From a virus (Duplodnaviria; Caudoviricetes), in the IMG/VR virus record IMGVR_UViG_3300030330_001659, positions 1 through 55,997 of that record: a stretch of DNA of 55,997 bases. One strand, 5' to 3'. How positions within the stretch are numbered: position 1 is the first letter of the stretch; every line of letters begins with the position of its first letter. Both the position numbers and the translations under genes were made by a program. This document shows positions 51,198 through 55,997 of the stretch, piece by piece. The notes beneath the pieces were generated by a model. That model did no database searches. It was not told the DNA's origin and saw only the letters and a list, made by a program, of their open reading frames with translations.

Positions 51198-53686
51198 TGA
51201 CAACACCAGCACGACCAGGTCAGTTTACAGGAGCGACAGACAATGAAGCTAACGGTGGTTTATTTACTGACTCAAAAATTGATGGTATACCCGATCTTGT
51301 TGCAGCAGACGTTGCATCTGCGCAAACTTCTGCAACTAATGCAGCCGCTTCTGCTACTACAGCTGCCACACAGGCAACAACAGCAACAACAAAAGCTACA
51401 GAAGCGTCAACTTCTGCAACCGCAGCAGCTAGTTCTGCAACTGCAGCAGCTACAAGCGCCACAAACGCAGCCAGTAGCGCCACAACAGCTAGCAATGCTG
51501 TGTCTTCTGTTAGCACAAACGCGACAAACGCTGCTACAAGTGAGACAAATGCAGCAACTAGTGCAACAAACGCAGCAGCTTCAGCGTCTACAGCATCAAC
51601 TCAGGCCACAAACGCCACAACACAAGCCAACTCTGCGCTTTCGAGCGCGTCTGCGGCGGCTACTAGTGCCACAAATGCTGCAAATAGCTTCGATAGTTTT
51701 GATGATAGGTATTTAGGAGCTAAAAGTAGTGATCCGTCAACTGATAATGATGGAGATGCGCTAGCTACAGGTGCGTTATACTTTAAAACTGGCGATGGTA
51801 TGCAAGTTTATACCGGATCTGCATGGGAAGATGTAAAACCAACTAGCTCTGAACAAACAAATATTAATACAGTAGCAGCAGCTAACTCAAATATTACTGC
51901 AGTAGCAGGAAATGCTACAAATATTAATACAGTAGGTGGTATTAGCTCTAATGTAACTAGTGTTGCAAACATAGCTAGTGACGTCACATCTCTTGCTAAC
52001 AGTTTAGAAAAGACTTATACAGTAACTGTTGTAAATCCTGGAAGTGGTAATTTCTTTTATCTTGATGGTGCTGCTTATCCAGCAATAGAGATGTTTAGAG
52101 GTAATACTTATATATTTAATCAAACAGACTCAAGTAACGATGGGCATCCACTAGTTTTTAAGAACGGTAGTTCTGAGTATGATGTTGGTGTTTCTTATTT
52201 CTTAAACGGATCATCAGCAACAAAATCAAACTATGTTAATGTAACTACTTTTAATGCTGGTAGAGCTTCGGGAGCACGTAAGATTCAAATAGAGGTGGCC
52301 TCTAACGCGCCTAGCAGTGGTTTAAGATACTATTGTTACGTTCATGGTAACGGTATGGGTAATACTATTACTGTTAAGGATAGTAATATATCACTAGTTG
52401 CTGGGTCTATAGCTAACGTAAACACAACGGCAGGATCAATAGCAAATGTAAATGCAGTTGCTGGAAACGCAACTAATATTAATGCTGTAGCAGGTAACAA
52501 CAGTAACATTACTTCAGCAGCAGGCAATGAAACAAACATTAATGCTGCAGTGAGTAACGCAAGTAATATTAATGCTGCTGTAAGTAACGCAAGTAACATC
52601 ACTGCTGTTGCTGGAAATAGTTCTAATATTAATACAGTAGCAGGAAATAATGCTAATATTAACACGGTAGCTGGTATAAGTTCAAATGTAACTTCAGTAG
52701 CAGGAATAGCTTCAAACGTAACAACCGTTGCAAATAATGTTTCTGGTATAAATGATTTTGCAGATAGATATAGAGTTCAGGCAGGAACACCTACTAGTAA
52801 TAACGATATTGGTGATTTAGTTTTTGATACTTCATCAAACACAATGAAAGTTTTTGGATCGAGTGGATTTCAAAACGCAGGGTCATCTGTAAACGGAACA
52901 TCCGCACGATTTACCTATAACATTAGTGGAACTCCAACATCTGTTACAGGATCTGATGCAAACGGAAATAGTTTAAATTATGATGCTGGTTTTGTTGATG
53001 TTTATCTTAATGGTGTAAAGCAAGTTAATGGTACAGACGTAACTGTTACAAGTGGTGACACAGTTACTTTTGCTTCTGCTCTTGCAAACGGTGATGTAGT
53101 AGACATAGTTGGGTTTGGTACGTTTAACGTTGCATCAATTAACGCATCAAACATAAATGCTGGCACAGTTCCTATAGCAAGACTTGGAACTTCTGGAACA
53201 AAAGATACTACTACATTTTTACGAGGAGATAATACTTTTGCTGTTGTTGATACAACAAATGCATCTAACCTATCTACAGGAACATTACCAAACGCTAGAC
53301 TAAGCTCAGTTCCTAACTCAGCATTAGCTAACTCAGCAATAACTATTAATGGATCATCAGTTGCTTTAGGTGGTTCTGTTACGTTACAAGAAGATTTTGT
53401 TTGGGAAATTAAAACAAGTGCATTTAACGCAGCAGCTAGTCGTGGATACTTTGTTGATACTTCAGGTGGTGCTGTAACAGCTACTTTACCTAGCTCTGCA
53501 GCATTAGGAGATACTATACGTTTTGTAGATCATACAGGGTCCTTTGATAGTAACAACTTAACTATTGCTAGAAACAGCCACAAGATACAAGGAGATGCAA
53601 GTGATATGACAGTAGCAACTGATAGAGCAGGTCTTGCATTAGTTTACGTAAATGCAGCCCAAGGTTGGGTATTACAGGAGAAATAA
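51197..53686 (+). CDS. Tail fibre protein
   Basis: Ala/Thr/Ser repeats, FDDRYLGAK..P..DNDG motif, NINTVAGN repeats, VDVYLNGV and YFVDTSGGAVTATLP domains. Confidence 0.85.
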   Translation: MTTPARPGQFTGATDNEANGGLFTDSKIDGIPDLVAADVASAQTSATNAAASATTAATQATTATTKATEASTSATAAASSATAAATSATNAASSATTASNAVSSVSTNATNAATSETNAATSATNAAASASTASTQATNATTQANSALSSASAAATSATNAANSFDSFDDRYLGAKSSDPSTDNDGDALATGALYFKTGDGMQVYTGSAWEDVKPTSSEQTNINTVAAANSNITAVAGNATNINTVGGISSNVTSVANIASDVTSLANSLEKTYTVTVVNPGSGNFFYLDGAAYPAIEMFRGNTYIFNQTDSSNDGHPLVFKNGSSEYDVGVSYFLNGSSATKSNYVNVTTFNAGRASGARKIQIEVASNAPSSGLRYYCYVHGNGMGNTITVKDSNISLVAGSIANVNTTAGSIANVNAVAGNATNINAVAGNNSNITSAAGNETNINAAVSNASNINAAVSNASNITAVAGNSSNINTVAGNNANINTVAGISSNVTSVAGIASNVTTVANNVSGINDFADRYRVQAGTPTSNNDIGDLVFDTSSNTMKVFGSSGFQNAGSSVNGTSARFTYNISGTPTSVTGSDANGNSLNYDAGFVDVYLNGVKQVNGTDVTVTSGDTVTFASALANGDVVDIVGFGTFNVASINASNINAGTVPIARLGTSGTKDTTTFLRGDNTFAVVDTTNASNLSTGTLPNARLSSVPNSALANSAITINGSSVALGGSVTLQEDFVWEIKTSAFNAAASRGYFVDTSGGAVTATLPSSAALGDTIRFVDHTGSFDSNNLTIARNSHKIQGDASDMTVATDRAGLALVYVNAAQGWVLQEK
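51320..51690 (+). repeat. Coding repeats (SATNAA-type) in the tail fibre
   Basis: Recurrent SAT(N/T/A)AA units. Confidence 0.7.
52400..52750 (+). repeat. 30-bp/10-aa tandem coding repeats (NIN.VAGN..)
   Basis: For example aatgctgcagtgagtaacgcaagtaatatt followed by aatgctgctgtaagtaacgcaagtaacatc. Confidence 0.75.
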
Positions 53687-53688
53687 TA

Positions 53689-54444
53689 ATGAGTACGTAT
53701 GAAGCACTAAGATACAACTTTTCAGGTTCTGCTATTACAGCTTTGAATGGTTCTAATATTGCGAGTGGTACAGTCGCAGAAGCTAGATTAGCAGATTTAG
53801 CAGCATCAAAGATTACCTCTGGAACTTTTGCTGATGCTAGGTTTGCGTCATCTAATATCACACAACATGTTGACCTTACAAATCTTAACGCAAGTAATCT
53901 TACATCTGGTTCTATACCAAGTGCAAGAGTGCCAAGCGGTGCTGTTACTCAACACGTTAGTGCAGTCACGCAAGCAACTGGAACTTGGTCTCCAAATATA
54001 ACAGTAGCTGGTGTACATAATACAAATGCAACCTATTCTAGGACTGGAAATATTGTTACTTGCGTTGCTAATGGTCAATGGGCTAGCCGACCGCACCATA
54101 GTGTCCATACTTATGTAGACATAACTGGATTACCGATTACATCAAGAAGCGGAAGTTTTAGAAGTGTTGGTATGGGATTTTTTGGGTCGTATTACTCTAG
54201 TGGTGCATATGGACTGGTAGTTGTTCAACCCGGCTCAACAACCGCAAGAATATATTCTTCAAATGCAAATATAGGTACATCAAGAGCATGGACTACTGGT
54301 GGTTCTTCTGAGACTTTATCTGGTTTTGTAAGTGTTGGGTCAAGCTCACATTGGTATCAAGGGTATAGGCTTATTGCAAGAAATCTCCATCAAGTTGCTT
54401 ACTATGATGCTTACTGGAATTTTCATTTTACATATCAAGTTTAA
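53689..54444 (+). CDS. Tail fibre/receptor-binding protein
   Basis: ASxITSGT...AR repeats followed by a GTWSP..YSRTGNIVT..ITGLP fibre-tip domain. Confidence 0.75.
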   Translation: MSTYEALRYNFSGSAITALNGSNIASGTVAEARLADLAASKITSGTFADARFASSNITQHVDLTNLNASNLTSGSIPSARVPSGAVTQHVSAVTQATGTWSPNITVAGVHNTNATYSRTGNIVTCVANGQWASRPHHSVHTYVDITGLPITSRSGSFRSVGMGFFGSYYSSGAYGLVVVQPGSTTARIYSSNANIGTSRAWTTGGSSETLSGFVSVGSSSHWYQGYRLIARNLHQVAYYDAYWNFHFTYQV

Positions 54445-54461
54445 AAACGGAGAATAAATAA

Positions 54462-54803
54462 ATGAGTAAATACACAACAACAAAACATCAATTTTCAATG
54501 GATGTAGTTCGCACCTCTGATAATCATGCGTGTGGTTTTATGTGTTCAAATGTCTGGGAAGATGGTGGTGAATACACTTACTATGAAGCAGATGATGAAG
54601 AAGTAAAATCAGGTGCAAAAAAAGAGGGTGATGTAAAAGAAGAAATACGAAAGCCAGAAGGTTGGAAACAAGAAGACTGGGACTGGGATACAGAACTACA
54701 AAATGTTTTTGGTGAAGTTGACGCTGACCTTAAGAAAGAGCTAACAGATTATTTTACTGCAGATATGAAAGCAAAGTATTTAGCAAATCAAAAAGGTGAG
54801 TAA
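54462..54803 (+). CDS. Acidic hypothetical protein (possible fibre chaperone)
   Basis: 113 aa between tail fibre genes; RBS present. Confidence 0.6.
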   Translation: MSKYTTTKHQFSMDVVRTSDNHACGFMCSNVWEDGGEYTYYEADDEEVKSGAKKEGDVKEEIRKPEGWKQEDWDWDTELQNVFGEVDADLKKELTDYFTADMKAKYLANQKGE

Positions 54804-55394
54804 ATGACAAAGGCAAGAGATTTAGCAAACATAATTACTGGTGGATTTACAGCCGATGACATTCCAGATTTACCAGCGTCTAAAATAACATCAGGAACAA
54901 TAGATAACGCAAGAATAGCATTAGATGCTGCTGAAATTCCAGCGTTACCAGCATCGAAGATTACATCTGGAACAATAGCATCAGCTAGGCTTTCTTTAGC
55001 TGCATCCGATATTCCAAATCTTGACACTGCAAAAATAACAACAGGTACATTCGCTGATGCTAGGCTTTCTTCTAGTTCTGTTACTCAACATGCAGATTTA
55101 ACTGCATTATCAGCAAGCAATCTAACGTCTGGTACAGTTCCATCTGCTCGTTTATCGGACAGTGATACAGATTTGTCTGCTGATAGTTCTCCACAGTTAG
55201 CTGGTGATTTAGATGTAAACAGTAACGATATACTGATGGGGAGCCAATCTGTAAAATTTGGTACGAGTAAATGGGAAATTGTATTGGATGGTAACGATTT
55301 AGATTTTAAATATAATGGTTCAACAGTATTTAAACTTGCATCAAATGGTGCGGTTACTTCAGCAAACAACATAACAGCTTTCGGATCACCATAA
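54804..55394 (+). CDS. Tail fibre-like protein
   Basis: MTKARDLA start, ASKITSGT..AR repeats, SPQLAGDLDVN motif. Confidence 0.75.
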   Translation: MTKARDLANIITGGFTADDIPDLPASKITSGTIDNARIALDAAEIPALPASKITSGTIASARLSLAASDIPNLDTAKITTGTFADARLSSSSVTQHADLTALSASNLTSGTVPSARLSDSDTDLSADSSPQLAGDLDVNSNDILMGSQSVKFGTSKWEIVLDGNDLDFKYNGSTVFKLASNGAVTSANNITAFGSP

Positions 55395-55997
55395 TGGCAC
55401 TACAAACAAGCGGAGCAATAAGCTTAGACGATATTCATGTCGAGCTTGATGCAACTTCTGGCACAACAGTTTCTATCAATGACAGTGACGTTAGAGGTTT
55501 AATTGGTAAATCAGCTAACGCACAAAGTGCCTTTAATGAGTTTTATGGTGCATCAAATGTCACTCATATGGTAGCAACTGGTGGTACTATTTCTACATCT
55601 GGCAATTACAAGTTTCACAGATTTACATCTTCTGGCACTTTTGGTGTTACTACTGTTGGTGTAGGGGGTTCACAATATACTACTGTAGATTATTTAATTA
55701 TTGCTGGTGGTGGTTCTGGTGGTGGACTGAATTATACTTTTTCTGCTTCTGGAGGAGGAGGTGCTGGTGGATATCGAACTGGAACTGTTACTATATCATC
55801 TACTGGCAATAATACTATAACTGTAGGTGGAGGTGGCTCTGGAAGTACAAATCCAGGTGCCGCTAATGGTTCTAATTCTTCTGCTTTAGGTATAACCTCA
55901 ACTGGTGGTGGTCATGGTGCTAGACAAGCAAATCGAAAGAGAATATCAAACACTGTTAATCCAAATGGTAGTGGAGGAAAGGGTGGTGGAGATGATA
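55394..55997 (+). CDS. 5' part of the glycine-rich tail-tip/adhesin-like protein (continues at 3-599)
   Basis: MALQTSGAISLDDI.., ATGG...GNYKFHRFTSSGTF and VDYLIIAGGGSGG..GGGGAGG; open to the window end. Confidence 0.85.
   Translation, partial: MALQTSGAISLDDIHVELDATSGTTVSINDSDVRGLIGKSANAQSAFNEFYGASNVTHMVATGGTISTSGNYKFHRFTSSGTFGVTTVGVGGSQYTTVDYLIIAGGGSGGGLNYTFSASGGGGAGGYRTGTVTISSTGNNTITVGGGGSGSTNPGAANGSNSSALGITSTGGGHGARQANRKRISNTVNPNGSGGKGGGDD
55899..55996 (+). repeat. Terminal direct repeat, right copy
   Basis: Identical to 1-98. Confidence 0.95.

Larger units (their letters stand above)
1..55997. mobile_element. Complete or near-complete lytic podovirus-like phage genome (circularly permuted contig)
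   Basis: Terminase, portal, scaffold, capsid, tail, ejection, lysis and T7-like replication genes are all present; the contig ends overlap; no bacterial housekeeping genes or integrase. Confidence 0.97.

Noticed and set aside
1-55997. tRNA genes, integrase/att sites, DGR or retron reverse transcriptase, introns/inteins
   Set aside because: None recognised by eye; polymerases, NrdJ and TerL are uninterrupted. A tRNAscan/Infernal run would be needed to exclude small RNAs.

Overview
This window is an essentially complete ~55.9 kb tailed-phage (podovirus-like) genome. It is circularly permuted: bases 1-98 repeat at 55899-55996, and a Gly-rich gene reads across the join. The gene content points to a marine phage, probably of an alphaproteobacterium (inference). 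No integrase, tRNA or CRISPR array was seen. Two arms diverge at ~38400-38580 and converge at 22160/22161. The minus arm carries early peptides, SSB, a cytosine-modification cluster, Pol A, exonuclease, RusA, primase-helicase, dCMP deaminase and a single-chain T7-type RNA polymerase. The plus arm carries terminase, lysis genes, portal, Hsp20, scaffold, capsid, tail proteins, NrdJ and ejection proteins. The main discovery is a two-polymerase, two-promoter transcription system. The last virion/ejection gene (18585-22160) encodes a stand-alone ~1190-aa protein with the catalytic motifs of the N4 virion RNA polymerase. The minus arm has five (plus one degenerate) hairpin elements with covarying stems, a conserved YTTRT loop and a conserved flank; these are candidate vRNAP promoters. 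A separate linear 16-mer, TGYCYCCTATTAGAGA (4 copies), is the candidate promoter of the T7-type enzyme. Secondary findings are a T4-gp42-type dCMP hydroxymethylase clustered with a SAM methyltransferase, an ejection protein with a thermonuclease domain, and at least nine unannotated 21-31 aa membrane peptides. All protein calls rest on motif recognition by eye; no searches were run.
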